In this document: piece by piece, positions 7,179 to 16,338 of the stretch
Layout: each line of letters opens with the position of its first letter
Numbering within the stretch: the stretch's first letter is position 1
Assembly: GCF_045291545.1 (NCBI RefSeq)
Contig: NZ_CP149514.1
Span: 2,690,802-2,714,801, forward strand
Direction: 5' to 3'
DNA from: Gallaecimonas sp. GXIMD1310
GTDB taxonomy: Bacteria; Pseudomonadota; Gammaproteobacteria; Enterobacterales; Gallaecimonadaceae
Length of the DNA stretch: 24,000 nucleotides
Notes under the pieces: generated by a model
What the model was told of the DNA's origin: nothing
What the model saw: the letters and a program-made list of their open reading frames with translations, nothing else
Databases searched by the model: none
Position numbers and translations under genes: made by a program

Positions 7179-9056
7179 TTATTGGCTGACAGGCAGCACC
7201 TGAAAGCTCACTGCGCTGGGGTATTGCTCGGAATGGTAAATCTTGTGGGTGGCACGTACGAAGTCGCTTTTGTTGGCGGCAAAAATGTTCGGCACGTATT
7301 TTTGCGGGTTCAGATCCAAAAACGGGAACAGGCTACTTTGAATTTGCACTTCCAGGCGGTGGCCGCGCTTAATGGTGTGCAGAATGTCGTACAGATCAAA
7401 CTGCACCTGCGTAGGCTTGCCGGGCACAAAGGGTTCCGGGTGGCTGAAGCTGTTGCGAAAACGGCCACGGATCACCCCCCAGCGCACCAATTCATGGCGA
7501 TTACCGGTGGCGTCATCCTTCTTGCCGGTGTTCTCGTTAATACCGGGGAACACATCCACCAGCTTGACGATGATATCGGCAGCGCTTTGGTCGGTAGCAA
7601 ACCACAGGTTTACCTTGACCTTACCGGCGATGGTCATATCGGCCTTGGCCACCTCGCTGTCAAAAACCAGTACATCCGGGCGACGCGCGGCAAAGCGCTG
7701 GTCTGAGGCCATATATTCTCTGGCCCAGCCACGGGTAATGGCGGTGCTTTGCGGTACCGGTTTGTTGGGGTCAGAGACATAGTCGCTAAAGCCGCCGTGG
7801 CTGTCTGGGTTCGCTTGCAGCTGTTCGTTACCGGCCAGATACAAGGTTTTACGCTGGGTGTGTTTGGGGGGCCAGTTGGCAAAGGTGCGCCAGCGGTTGG
7901 CGCCGGTTTCAAACACGGTGGCACGAGCCAGCTGCGGTTCTTTTTTGCCTTTGAGCACGTGCTCAAAGAAGGGGAACTGTACGTTGTCCTGGAACCACTT
8001 GCTGGTATCAAAGCCGAACTGAGCACTGCCCATGTGGGTGCCGTCGCCACGGTTCCACTGGCCGTGATACCAGGGGCCCATGACCAACCGCACGTTATCT
8101 TTTTTATTGTCATGGGACATGGTGGCATAGGTGGCCAGGGCGCCGTAGAGATCTTCGGTGTCGTACCAGCCGCCGACCACCAGCGTTTGCGGGCGGGTGT
8201 TGGTCAGGTGTGGCAAGACATTACGGGCCTGCCAGTAGGCGTCGTAATTAGGGTGAGCAATGATCTCATCCCAGAACGGTCGTTGGTGCTTGAAGTAGGT
8301 TTTATTGACGTTACTGAGTGGCCCCAATGCCTTGAAAAACTGGTAGCCGTCCGGCGTAGGCATTTTGTGGCCTTCTGGCCACACCGTCATGGTGCCGTCG
8401 CGGGGTTTGTCGAAGGTATCGAAGAACAAAAACGCCATCGGCGTTACGAAGGCGCCACGGCGGTGAAAATCATCAAAGAACCAGTTGGCAATGGGCGCCT
8501 GCGGCGAAATGGCTTTTAACGCCGGGTGCGCATGAATAGACGCTACCGAGGTGTAATAACCGGGGTAGGAAATGCCCCACATGCCGACTTTGCCATTGTT
8601 GTCAGGCAGGTGTTTTACCAGCCAGTCGATGGTGTCATAAGTGTCGGTTGCGTCATCGGTGGCGTTGCCGCCTTTACTGGCCGCATCCTGTGGCCGCATG
8701 TTGACGAAGTTACCCTCGGACATGAACTTGCCACGCACATCCTGGAACACAAAGATATAGCCGGCCTTTTCAAAGCTCTCACTGGGGCCAAGGCGCGTTT
8801 TGTAGTTACCGGCGCCATAAGGCGACACCTCATAAGGCGTACGCTGCAACAAAATGGGGTAAGTCTGCGTACGGTCGTAAGGAATGTAGACACTGGTAAA
8901 AAGCCGGGTACCGTCGCGCATGGGAATGCGGTATTCAAACTTGGCGTAATGGCTGCGAATGTAATCGGCGCGGGCCTTGTCAGCCTTGCTGTCAGCATGG
9001 GCGGCCGCCATGGCCAGCAGCCAGCCGGTTAGCAACAACAACAGTTTGCTTTTCAT
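7179..9056 (-). CDS. CocE/NonD-family serine hydrolase (peptidase S15, Xaa-Pro dipeptidyl-peptidase-like), exported
   Basis: The signal peptide is MKSKLLLLLTGWLLAMAAAHA. The nucleophile elbow is MWGISYPGYY (GxSYxG, as in the CocE/PepX/alpha-amino-acid-ester-hydrolase family). The length and the C-terminal jelly-roll-like region are typical. Start taken at the ATG at 9056, 11 codons inside the track ORF. Confidence 0.85.
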   Translation of the reverse strand: MKSKLLLLLTGWLLAMAAAHADSKADKARADYIRSHYAKFEYRIPMRDGTRLFTSVYIPYDRTQTYPILLQRTPYEVSPYGAGNYKTRLGPSESFEKAGYIFVFQDVRGKFMSEGNFVNMRPQDAASKGGNATDDATDTYDTIDWLVKHLPDNNGKVGMWGISYPGYYTSVASIHAHPALKAISPQAPIANWFFDDFHRRGAFVTPMAFLFFDTFDKPRDGTMTVWPEGHKMPTPDGYQFFKALGPLSNVNKTYFKHQRPFWDEIIAHPNYDAYWQARNVLPHLTNTRPQTLVVGGWYDTEDLYGALATYATMSHDNKKDNVRLVMGPWYHGQWNRGDGTHMGSAQFGFDTSKWFQDNVQFPFFEHVLKGKKEPQLARATVFETGANRWRTFANWPPKHTQRKTLYLAGNEQLQANPDSHGGFSDYVSDPNKPVPQSTAITRGWAREYMASDQRFAARRPDVLVFDSEVAKADMTIAGKVKVNLWFATDQSAADIIVKLVDVFPGINENTGKKDDATGNRHELVRWGVIRGRFRNSFSHPEPFVPGKPTQVQFDLYDILHTIKRGHRLEVQIQSSLFPFLDLNPQKYVPNIFAANKSDFVRATHKIYHSEQYPSAVSFQVLPVSQ

Positions 9057-9158
9057 CGTCTTACAACCCTCTGTTAGCAATTCGTTCACCCTACGTTATT
9101 GCCCAAAGCAGCACCAGCAGGCTGCGACAAGCCGCCATCAATACTGGTCACAAGGTCA

Positions 9159-9188
9159 CAAAAAAGCCCGCCGTAGCGGGCTTTTTTT
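9159..9188 (-). terminator. Rho-independent terminator after the glutaredoxin-like gene
   Basis: AGCCCGC-CGTA-GCGGGCT (9165-9182) is flanked by A6 and T7 runs. On the minus strand the hairpin is followed by TTTTTTG. It abuts the stop codon at 9188-9190. Confidence 0.8.
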
Positions 9189-9577
9189 CAGGGTTCGAAG
9201 CGGCTACTGAGGTAGCGGTTGATGTCGTCCGATTCGTACATCCACTGCTCGGAGCCATCGTCGTTACGGATATGCAGGCAAGGCACTTTTACCCGACCGC
9301 CACCGGCTTGCAGGGCCTGACGAGCTGCGTCGTCATGCTGGGCGTCGGCCAGCGCAATAGGCAGCGCCAGGCGGTGCATGTGCTTGCGTACCTTGATGCA
9401 GAACGGGCAGGTTTTGAAATGATACAGCGTTAGCTGGCGGCAGGCGGCGTCAACCTCGGCTTGCGCGGCGGCGCTACGGGTCAGGGCTTTGGGTTTGGAC
9501 AGCGCCGCATAGGCGAGCATAAACGGGGTCAGGATCAGACGAACCAGCCTGAAAAACAGGCGAATCACAACACGCAC
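9188..9577 (-). CDS. Glutaredoxin-fold protein (CPFC active site) with an N-terminal hydrophobic anchor
   Basis: The motif LYHFKTCPFCIKVRKHM, then GGGRVKVPCL and WMYESDDINRYL, indicates a thioredoxin/glutaredoxin fold. The N-terminal 25 aa are hydrophobic and Arg-rich. The start is GTG at 9577, preceded by AGGAG 5 nt upstream on the minus strand. Confidence 0.8.
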   Translation of the reverse strand: MRVVIRLFFRLVRLILTPFMLAYAALSKPKALTRSAAAQAEVDAACRQLTLYHFKTCPFCIKVRKHMHRLALPIALADAQHDDAARQALQAGGGRVKVPCLHIRNDDGSEQWMYESDDINRYLSSRFEP

Positions 9578-9643
9578 GACAACTCCTCATGATGGTTGGC
9601 CGGACTTCAGCGGCAGCAGTCTAGCAGGCCTGACCTGCCACTG

Positions 9644-11140
9644 TCACAACTGGCTGCGCACCGGCAACCAGGCCAGCAGCCTGGCGGCTAGCCGTCGCCG
9701 TAGCGATGCTTGCGGCTCTACCGAGGTTGTTTCCACGCTTTCACCAACGCGCCGGCGCCACAGTAACGCACTGCCACTAAAATGCGGCATCCAGCTTTGT
9801 GCACCGCTCAGGTAGCGACCGGCCAGTGCGTCCAGCTCTCCGGCCAGTTGCGAGCTGTTAATCAGCAGCCCCATTTCGGTGTTGATGAAAATAGAACGGG
9901 GATCCAGGTTAAAGGTGCCAATGTAGAGTTTGTGGCTGTCATAGCTAATTACCTTGGCATGCAGACCAGAATGGCTGCCCGGCTCTTTGCCGCCAGGCAA
10001 AGCGGCATCAGCCGCCAGCTCATGCAAGGCCACGCCGGCACTGAGCAACGCCGGGCGCTGGGCGGCGTAACCGGTGTGGGCAATGACCACATCGTTGGCA
10101 GCCAGGCTGTTGGTCAGCACGCGAATACGCACTCCCTTGCCCGACAGCACTCCCATCAGGGCAATCAGCTCGTTGGCCGGTACCAGATAAGGGCTCAAGA
10201 TCAGCATGTCCCGTTCGGTACTGCGGGCCAGCCGGCCCAGCTCGGTAGCGGTATGGGAGCCAGCACGGCGCTTGCGCCGCAACGGATGAATTTTCGAGGG
10301 TTGGTCAAACAATACCTGCGCATCACCGGCCAGCAGCGGGGCAGAGTGCAGCACTTCTCGCGGCAGGCGGCTTAACAATGCCCGGCATTGCGGTTGCTGC
10401 CAGAACTGGCGCAATGTCCGCAGGGCCTGTTTCACTTCAATTTTCAGGGGCATCAGGGCAATTAATCGCGACACCGGCACCGCCCACTGGGCGTTATAAA
10501 ACAGGTCAAAGGCTTCCCCAACTTCGGTGGCTACCGGGCCAACCGCCATCACGTCGAGGTCGAAGAAGTTGCGCCGTGGATGCAGGCCAAAGTACTCGTC
10601 ACCCACGTTACGACCGCCCAGTAATACCACTTCACCGTCGACGATCAGCGCTTTGTTATGCATGCGGTGATTGGCACGGGAAAAGTCCCATAGCCATTCC
10701 AGCGGCCGGGTAATTGGCGTTAACACCCGATTACCGAAGGGATTAAACAGGCGAATATGAATGTTGCTGTGGGCGTTGAGGCGGGCGATCAGCGGGTCAT
10801 CGTCGGTGTGCACGTCATCGATCAGGAGCCGTACCCGCACCCCCCTGTCAGCGGCATTAAGTAATGCCGCCAGCAACAGCTTGCCGGAAGTATCAACCCG
10901 CCACTGATAATACTGGGCATCAATACTGACCTGCGCCGCCCGAATCAACTCCAGGCGCAGTGCCAGCGCTTCTTTGTTATCAGCTACCAGCCGCAGCCCC
11001 TGGCCCAGCCGTTGCTGCCAGGGGTGCTCCGGGTCGGCCGCCAGGCGCCGGGATGGTTCCCGGGCAAAACGCGGCACCCGGTTGGCGGCACCTGACACCA
11101 GCAGCGAGAGTGACGTCAGCCACCAGCGTATGCCGCTCAT
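9644..11140 (-). CDS. Phospholipase D-family protein with two HKD motifs (ClsC/cardiolipin-synthase-like)
   Basis: HKD motif 1 is HRMHNKALIVDGEVVLLGGRNVGDEY and HKD motif 2 is GLHAKVISYDSHKLYIGTFNLDPRS. The N-terminal hydrophobic segment is WWLTSLSLLVSGAA. ATG at 11140. Confidence 0.9.
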   Translation of the reverse strand: MSGIRWWLTSLSLLVSGAANRVPRFAREPSRRLAADPEHPWQQRLGQGLRLVADNKEALALRLELIRAAQVSIDAQYYQWRVDTSGKLLLAALLNAADRGVRVRLLIDDVHTDDDPLIARLNAHSNIHIRLFNPFGNRVLTPITRPLEWLWDFSRANHRMHNKALIVDGEVVLLGGRNVGDEYFGLHPRRNFFDLDVMAVGPVATEVGEAFDLFYNAQWAVPVSRLIALMPLKIEVKQALRTLRQFWQQPQCRALLSRLPREVLHSAPLLAGDAQVLFDQPSKIHPLRRKRRAGSHTATELGRLARSTERDMLILSPYLVPANELIALMGVLSGKGVRIRVLTNSLAANDVVIAHTGYAAQRPALLSAGVALHELAADAALPGGKEPGSHSGLHAKVISYDSHKLYIGTFNLDPRSIFINTEMGLLINSSQLAGELDALAGRYLSGAQSWMPHFSGSALLWRRRVGESVETTSVEPQASLRRRLAARLLAWLPVRSQL

Positions 11141-11238
11141 GGCGCTTTACCGCACTGGCTGATTGCTCGGCACACTGCCTGCTCCTGCAAGATAACTGGC
11201 AGGAGATATAACACAATTAACGGCTGGTTGCTGCCGCC

Positions 11239-11886
11239 TCAGCGCACCTGGCAGCTGGCCGTTAACTGGTCAGCCAGGATCAGCCGCAGCTGGTCGCCAC
11301 TGTGCAAGGGGCCAACTCCAGCCGGAGTGCCGGTCAGTACCAGATCACCGGGACATAACGTGAAGGACTCACTGATATACGCCAGCAGCGCCGGGATCGG
11401 CATCAGCATGGCGCGGCTGTCACCATCCTGGCGCAGTTCCCCGTTTTGGTAGAGCTGAAAACGTAAGGGCAAATCGGTAAAGCGTGCCACCGGCACCAGC
11501 GGCGTGACCGGGCAGCTGCCATCGAAACTTTTCGCCCGCTCCCAGGGCTGGCCGGCACTTTTTAACTGCTGCTGCACATCGCGCAGGGTCAGATCGAGCG
11601 CCAAACCGATGCCCACAACGGCTTGCTGCGCCTGTTCGGTGCTGGCCTGGGTCAGTTGCTGGCCAATCAGTACCGCCAGCTCACACTCAAAATGCACCGC
11701 GCCACGGTCAGCAGGAATGCTGAAGCCGTCTTCCAGTTCACGCAGCGTCGTCGGTGGTTTGATAAACAGCAAAGGCTTGTCAGGTACGGCATTACCCAGC
11801 TCGCGGGCGTGCTCGGCATAGTTACGGCCAACACAGACAATTTTGCTGCAAGGCCACGGTAGCGGCGTTTGGTTATCCCACTTCAC
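11239..11886 (-). CDS. Fumarylacetoacetate hydrolase (FAH)-family protein, YcgM/FAHD1-like
   Basis: KIVCVGRNYAEHARELG, LFIKPPTT, HFECELAVLIG and GDLVLTGTPAGVGPL are FAH-fold signatures. The track ORF starts at a TTG (11943). I prefer the GTG at 11886 because AAGGA lies 7 nt upstream and the resulting N-terminal length matches E. coli YcgM. Confidence 0.85.
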   Translation of the reverse strand: MKWDNQTPLPWPCSKIVCVGRNYAEHARELGNAVPDKPLLFIKPPTTLRELEDGFSIPADRGAVHFECELAVLIGQQLTQASTEQAQQAVVGIGLALDLTLRDVQQQLKSAGQPWERAKSFDGSCPVTPLVPVARFTDLPLRFQLYQNGELRQDGDSRAMLMPIPALLAYISESFTLCPGDLVLTGTPAGVGPLHSGDQLRLILADQLTASCQVR

Positions 11887-12044
11887 GTTTTTATCCTTTT
11901 CCCCAGTTATGGCAGGTGTATCGTCCCTGGCTGCCACAGGCAAGTTGCGCGCACCTCAGCGGCCTGCACACAAGCCTCAGTGGTCTATCGCCACAGCCGC
12001 CGTGACGAGGCTATGATGAAACACATAAAGATAGCCACAAGACC

Positions 12045-13475
12045 ATGAAGATGCCGCAATCGGATGAAAACACCACAGACTGGCTGAAACGGATCACCGA
12101 GCGAGAGCTGCCCGCGTTCAGCGCCACCGTCAGGGCACTGGAGCAACTGGAACACAGTGACACCGCGTCGCTTGCCAGCCTGGGCCGCACGGTGTTGCAT
12201 GATCACGGCCTGACTACCCGCATCCTGCGCGTGGTCAACAGCGCCATTTACCGGCGTAGCCACCGGCCGGTAACCACCGTCAGCCGGGCGTCGGTGATCC
12301 TCGGCTATGACACCCTCAAGCATATCTGCCTGACCGCCACCATGATCGATGGCCTGCTGGGCAATCGCGAAATTACCCCGGCGGTACATCAGCGCTTACT
12401 GACGCTGATGGCCCAGTCACTGCACGCTGCCATGCTGGCAAAAATGTTGATGGCCGGCTACCACCAGGACACCCGTGAAGAAATTTATATCGCCACGCTG
12501 CTGCGCCACCTTGGCGAAATTGCCTTTTGGAGTGTTGGCGGCCAGGCAGCAGACCAGCTGGATGCCACTTTGCGCCAGCAAGGCACAGAGCCGGCCACTG
12601 CGATCAAGGACATGCTGGGCATGAGCTTTGACCAGCTGGGGTTGGCCCTGGCCCGAAGCTGGCACATGGGCAGCATGCTGATCAAAGCCATGACCGACCC
12701 GCAGCGCCGCTCCCCGGAGATGCGCTGCATCAGCCTGGCGCAGGGGTTCAGCCAGGCACTGCTCAACGGCAACCACGCCGGCATGCAACGCTACTTGCGG
12801 GACATGGCAGCCTTTCTAGGGGAATCAGAACAACTGACCCGCGAACGGATTGAGCGCTGTACCGAAGATGCTGCCGAGCTGGCCGCCTGTTACGGCGCCA
12901 GTGACATCGCCCGGCGCCTCCTGCCGGCCCGTGATGACTGGGCAGACCCGCAAGCCGCCATGCCCTATCACACTCCAGACGCCACTTTGCAGCTGAAAAT
13001 GCTGCGCGAGATGCTCAGCCTGGCAGCAGAGCAGAACGACATTAATTTGTTGATCCACACCACCTTGGAAGGGTTACTCAGAGCAGTTGGTATGGACAGT
13101 GTGATGGTACTGATGCCAAGCCCTGGGCAGGGCCGCCTCAACCCGCGCTTTTTTGCCAGCATCGGCCAGCAAACGGCTGACAGCACCCTGAGCCTGTCGC
13201 TGGCCGGTGATGATGTGATCACCCGGGCTTTTCGCCAGCAAAAAAACAGCTGGTGCCATCGCCAGGCTGGTGAACCGGCGGTACCGGCGGCACTGGCCGC
13301 CATTAACCCTGAAGCGCCTTTTCTGCTGGCACCACTGCTCGTCAATCATAAAACCCTGGGGCTGTTTTACGGCGATCGTGCGCAAAGCCAGCGGGCACTG
13401 ACAGAAGAAGATGCCGACGCTTTTTATCACTTTGTGCGCCAGGCCTCGCAATGCCTCAGTGAAATGCTGGCCTGA
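12045..13475 (+). CDS. HDOD-domain protein with a C-terminal GAF-like region
   Basis: The N-terminal third fits the HDOD pattern: LPAFSATVRALEQL...LASLGRTVLHDHGLTTRILRVVNSAIYRR...VSRASVILGYDTLKHI. The C-terminal ~150 aa (LLIHTTLEGLLRAVGMDSVMVLMP...LLAPLLVNHKTLGLFYGDR) look GAF-like. The start could be either the ATG at 12045 or at 12051; neither has a good SD. Confidence 0.8.
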   Translation: MKMPQSDENTTDWLKRITERELPAFSATVRALEQLEHSDTASLASLGRTVLHDHGLTTRILRVVNSAIYRRSHRPVTTVSRASVILGYDTLKHICLTATMIDGLLGNREITPAVHQRLLTLMAQSLHAAMLAKMLMAGYHQDTREEIYIATLLRHLGEIAFWSVGGQAADQLDATLRQQGTEPATAIKDMLGMSFDQLGLALARSWHMGSMLIKAMTDPQRRSPEMRCISLAQGFSQALLNGNHAGMQRYLRDMAAFLGESEQLTRERIERCTEDAAELAACYGASDIARRLLPARDDWADPQAAMPYHTPDATLQLKMLREMLSLAAEQNDINLLIHTTLEGLLRAVGMDSVMVLMPSPGQGRLNPRFFASIGQQTADSTLSLSLAGDDVITRAFRQQKNSWCHRQAGEPAVPAALAAINPEAPFLLAPLLVNHKTLGLFYGDRAQSQRALTEEDADAFYHFVRQASQCLSEMLA

Positions 13476-15467
13476 TCACGAGGCCAGCTGCAACACAAAG
13501 GCATATTCCCGGGCCAGCTCCTGCAAGCGCTGATAACGCCCAGACAAACCGCCATGGCCGGTGGCCAGCTCGGTTTCCAGCAGCAGTAAGTTATTGTCGG
13601 TCTTGCACTCACGCAGTTTCGCCACCCACTTGGCCGGCTCCCAGTAGCCCACCTGGGTATCATGCAAGCCAGCGCGAACATACAGATGCGGATAGGCCTG
13701 GGCTCGTACGTTGTCATAAGGGCTGTAAGACAACATCAGGTGGTAATCCCCCGGCTGGTTAGGATTGCCCCACTCGTCATATTCGCCAGTGGTCAGCGGC
13801 AAGCTGTCATCAAGCATGGTGCTGACCACATCCACAAAGGGCACGCCGGCCAGGGCCCCTTGGTACAGTTCGGGCGCCTCATTAAGCACGGTTGCCACCA
13901 GCAGACCGCCGGCACTGCGGCCTTCGCAAAAAACCTTACCGGCGGCGCCAAAGCCAGCCGCCAGCAAGCCTTTGGTGACATCAATAAAGTCGTGAAAGCT
14001 GTGCCATTTATGCTGGCGACGGCCACCTTCATACCAGCTTCGGCCCTGCTCCTGGCCGCCACGCACGTGTGCCGTAGCTAACACCACGCCACGGTCCAGA
14101 AGGCTCAGCCGGCTGGCTGAAAACGCCGGCTCCAGGCTAATGCCATAGGCGCCGTAGCCTTCGATCAGTAACGGATTGGTGCCCGCCCGAAAGCGTGCTT
14201 TGTGCCACACCAGTGTTACCGGTACCAGAGTACCGTCACGGGCCGGCAGCGTGACCCGCTGACAGTGGTAGTTGCTCAAGGTGACATTCGGCACCGGTTT
14301 GCTTTTTAAAAGGCTGGTGCTGCCGTCGGCTTCAAGGCGGTACTGGCTGGGAGGGGTCAGCGGGCTTTGATAGCCCAGTTGCAGTTGCGCCGGGTCGTCA
14401 CTGTGAGCAAGCCAGACATCGTGCACCGGCTCCGGCCAGCTGACGAGCTGGCTACGGTTGTCTGTCAGTACCCGTACCCGCGCCTGGCCCGCATGGCGCT
14501 CCAGCAGTGCCAGCCGGCCAGACAGCAGGTCCATATCAACCAGTAAAACCTCTGGGTCATGGCCCTGGCGCTCGACCATGGTGGCCGGGCTGTCCCCCAG
14601 TAATAACCGGAAGTTCGGCCCCTGGTCGTTACTGAGCGCAGCAAACTGTCCGTCGAGTACGTCCAACTGGTATTCATGGCCCAGTCGCCGTAGCCAAAAC
14701 GGCTGCGGCGATGATGCGCTGCCGTCCAAAGGCAAAAGTTGCACCTCTGAGGTCAAAGTAGCGTCACAACTCAATAGCAAATACTGGCGATCTCGGCTTT
14801 CACTGAGCCCCAGCCAAAAGCTGTTGTCGGCTTCTTCATACAAACATTCACTGGCCTGCCCTATTTGTTGGCGGTGTAGCTGGTAAGGCAACAGGCTGTC
14901 GTCAAGCGCCAGGTAATGCAGTGTTTTACTGTCATGGCCCCAGATCAGCTCCCCGCTGCAAGGCGGCAGATCACAAGGCAGCTCGGTCAGTGATTGCAGG
15001 CACAACAGCCGCGGCTGGTAGCAGCGGTCACCGTTGTCGTCGGTACTAAAGGCCAGCAGGCTGCCATCGGGGCTGACAGCCAGAGCCCCCACGGAAAAAT
15101 AACCACGGGTGCCAGCCAACACATTGATATCCAGCAGCAGTTGCCAGGCCCCTTGGTGCTGGCGCCCTTCAATCAAGGGGTATTCTTGTTCGGCGCGGGT
15201 ACGCTGACGTAACTGCCAGCCGTGATCACGCCAGGGCAGGCTGACATCTTCCGGGGCAACACGGCTGCGCATTTCAGCCACCAGCTCCTGCTCCAGGGCT
15301 GCATTGCCCGCCAGGCAGGCTTCGGTATAGGCATTTTCTGCCTGCAGGTGTGCCAGTACCGCCGGGTCACGGCGGCTATCGTCACGCAGCCAATGGTAAG
15401 GATCCGGGCGCTGATGACCATGAATTTGATGCAGATACGGCTTTTGGGCAGCACGTGGCGCTAACAT
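13476..15467 (-). CDS. ptrB: Oligopeptidase B (S9A prolyl-oligopeptidase family)
   Basis: It is collinear with E. coli PtrB from the N-terminus (HGHQRPDPYHWLRDDSRRDPAVLAHLQAENAYT) to the C-terminus (GRSAGGLL catalytic Ser, VPFVDVVSTMLDDSLPLTTGEYDEWGNP, YWEPAKWVAKLRECKTD, GHGG). The ATG at 15467 has GGGAG upstream. Confidence 0.95.
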   Translation of the reverse strand: MLAPRAAQKPYLHQIHGHQRPDPYHWLRDDSRRDPAVLAHLQAENAYTEACLAGNAALEQELVAEMRSRVAPEDVSLPWRDHGWQLRQRTRAEQEYPLIEGRQHQGAWQLLLDINVLAGTRGYFSVGALAVSPDGSLLAFSTDDNGDRCYQPRLLCLQSLTELPCDLPPCSGELIWGHDSKTLHYLALDDSLLPYQLHRQQIGQASECLYEEADNSFWLGLSESRDRQYLLLSCDATLTSEVQLLPLDGSASSPQPFWLRRLGHEYQLDVLDGQFAALSNDQGPNFRLLLGDSPATMVERQGHDPEVLLVDMDLLSGRLALLERHAGQARVRVLTDNRSQLVSWPEPVHDVWLAHSDDPAQLQLGYQSPLTPPSQYRLEADGSTSLLKSKPVPNVTLSNYHCQRVTLPARDGTLVPVTLVWHKARFRAGTNPLLIEGYGAYGISLEPAFSASRLSLLDRGVVLATAHVRGGQEQGRSWYEGGRRQHKWHSFHDFIDVTKGLLAAGFGAAGKVFCEGRSAGGLLVATVLNEAPELYQGALAGVPFVDVVSTMLDDSLPLTTGEYDEWGNPNQPGDYHLMLSYSPYDNVRAQAYPHLYVRAGLHDTQVGYWEPAKWVAKLRECKTDNNLLLLETELATGHGGLSGRYQRLQELAREYAFVLQLAS

Positions 15468-15587
15468 AGCGACTCCCGGTCAGGCAAAATGCCATTGTCG
15501 CCCAGTGACCAGCCACTGCCAACGGTAAAAGGCTGCGTCGGCTGCGCCGCTCAAGTACACTAGGGCCGAATTAGCAAGGACACTATC

Positions 15588-16337
15588 ATGGCCGACAACA
15601 ACAGCACCCATTTCGGATACAAAACCGTTGCCACTGACGAGAAAGCCAAGCTGGTCGCTGGCGTCTTTCATTCGGTCGCTGGCAAGTACGATGTCATGAA
15701 CGATCTGATGTCCATGGGCATTCACCGCCTGTGGAAACGCTTCACGGTGGATTTGTCCGGGGTACGTGCAGGCCAGAAGGTGCTGGATCTGGCCGGCGGT
15801 ACCGGCGATCTGGCCGCTAAATTCGCTCGCATCGTTGGTGACAGCGGCGAAGTGGTACTGGCCGATATCAACGATTCCATGCTGCAAGTGGGCAAAGACA
15901 AGCTGCGCAATCAGGGCATTGTCAGCAATGTGCGTTTTGTTCAGGCCAATGCCGAGTGCCTGCCCTTTCCGGATAACCACTTCGACCTGATCACCATTGC
16001 CTTTGGCCTGCGTAATGTCACCGACAAAGACGCGGCGCTGCGCTCCATGTACCGGGTACTCAAACCCGGTGGCCGGTTGCTGGTACTGGAATTTTCCAAA
16101 CCGAAATCGGCCCTGCTGAGCCAGGCCTATGATGTCTATTCCTTCAAGCTGCTGCCGATGATGGGCAAGCTGGTGGCCGGCGATGCCGAGTCTTACCAAT
16201 ACCTGGCTGAGAGTATTCGCATGCACCCGGATCAGGATACTCTCAAGGCTATGATGAGTGATGCCGGCTTTGATGAAGTGGAGTACCACAACCTGACCGG
16301 CGGTATTGTCGCCCTGCACCGTGGTTTCAAGTTCTGA
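15588..16337 (+). CDS. ubiE: Ubiquinone/menaquinone biosynthesis C-methyltransferase UbiE
   Basis: [45 protein letters not shown], the SAM motif [12 protein letters not shown], and [11 protein letters not shown] at the C-terminus. AAGGA lies 7 nt upstream of the ATG. Confidence 0.95.
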   Translation: MADNNSTHFGYKTVATDEKAKLVAGVFHSVAGKYDVMNDLMSMGIHRLWKRFTVDLSGVRAGQKVLDLAGGTGDLAAKFARIVGDSGEVVLADINDSMLQVGKDKLRNQGIVSNVRFVQANAECLPFPDNHFDLITIAFGLRNVTDKDAALRSMYRVLKPGGRLLVLEFSKPKSALLSQAYDVYSFKLLPMMGKLVAGDAESYQYLAESIRMHPDQDTLKAMMSDAGFDEVEYHNLTGGIVALHRGFKF

Positions 16338-16338
16338 T

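Noticed and set aside
9644-11140. The PLD-family protein could be a secreted toxin or T6SS Tle5-type effector.
   Set aside because: There are no adjacent immunity genes (Sel1/ankyrin-type) and no VgrG/PAAR/Hcp or other secretion genes. Its size and motif spacing fit ClsC-like housekeeping PLD enzymes better than the larger effector PLDs.
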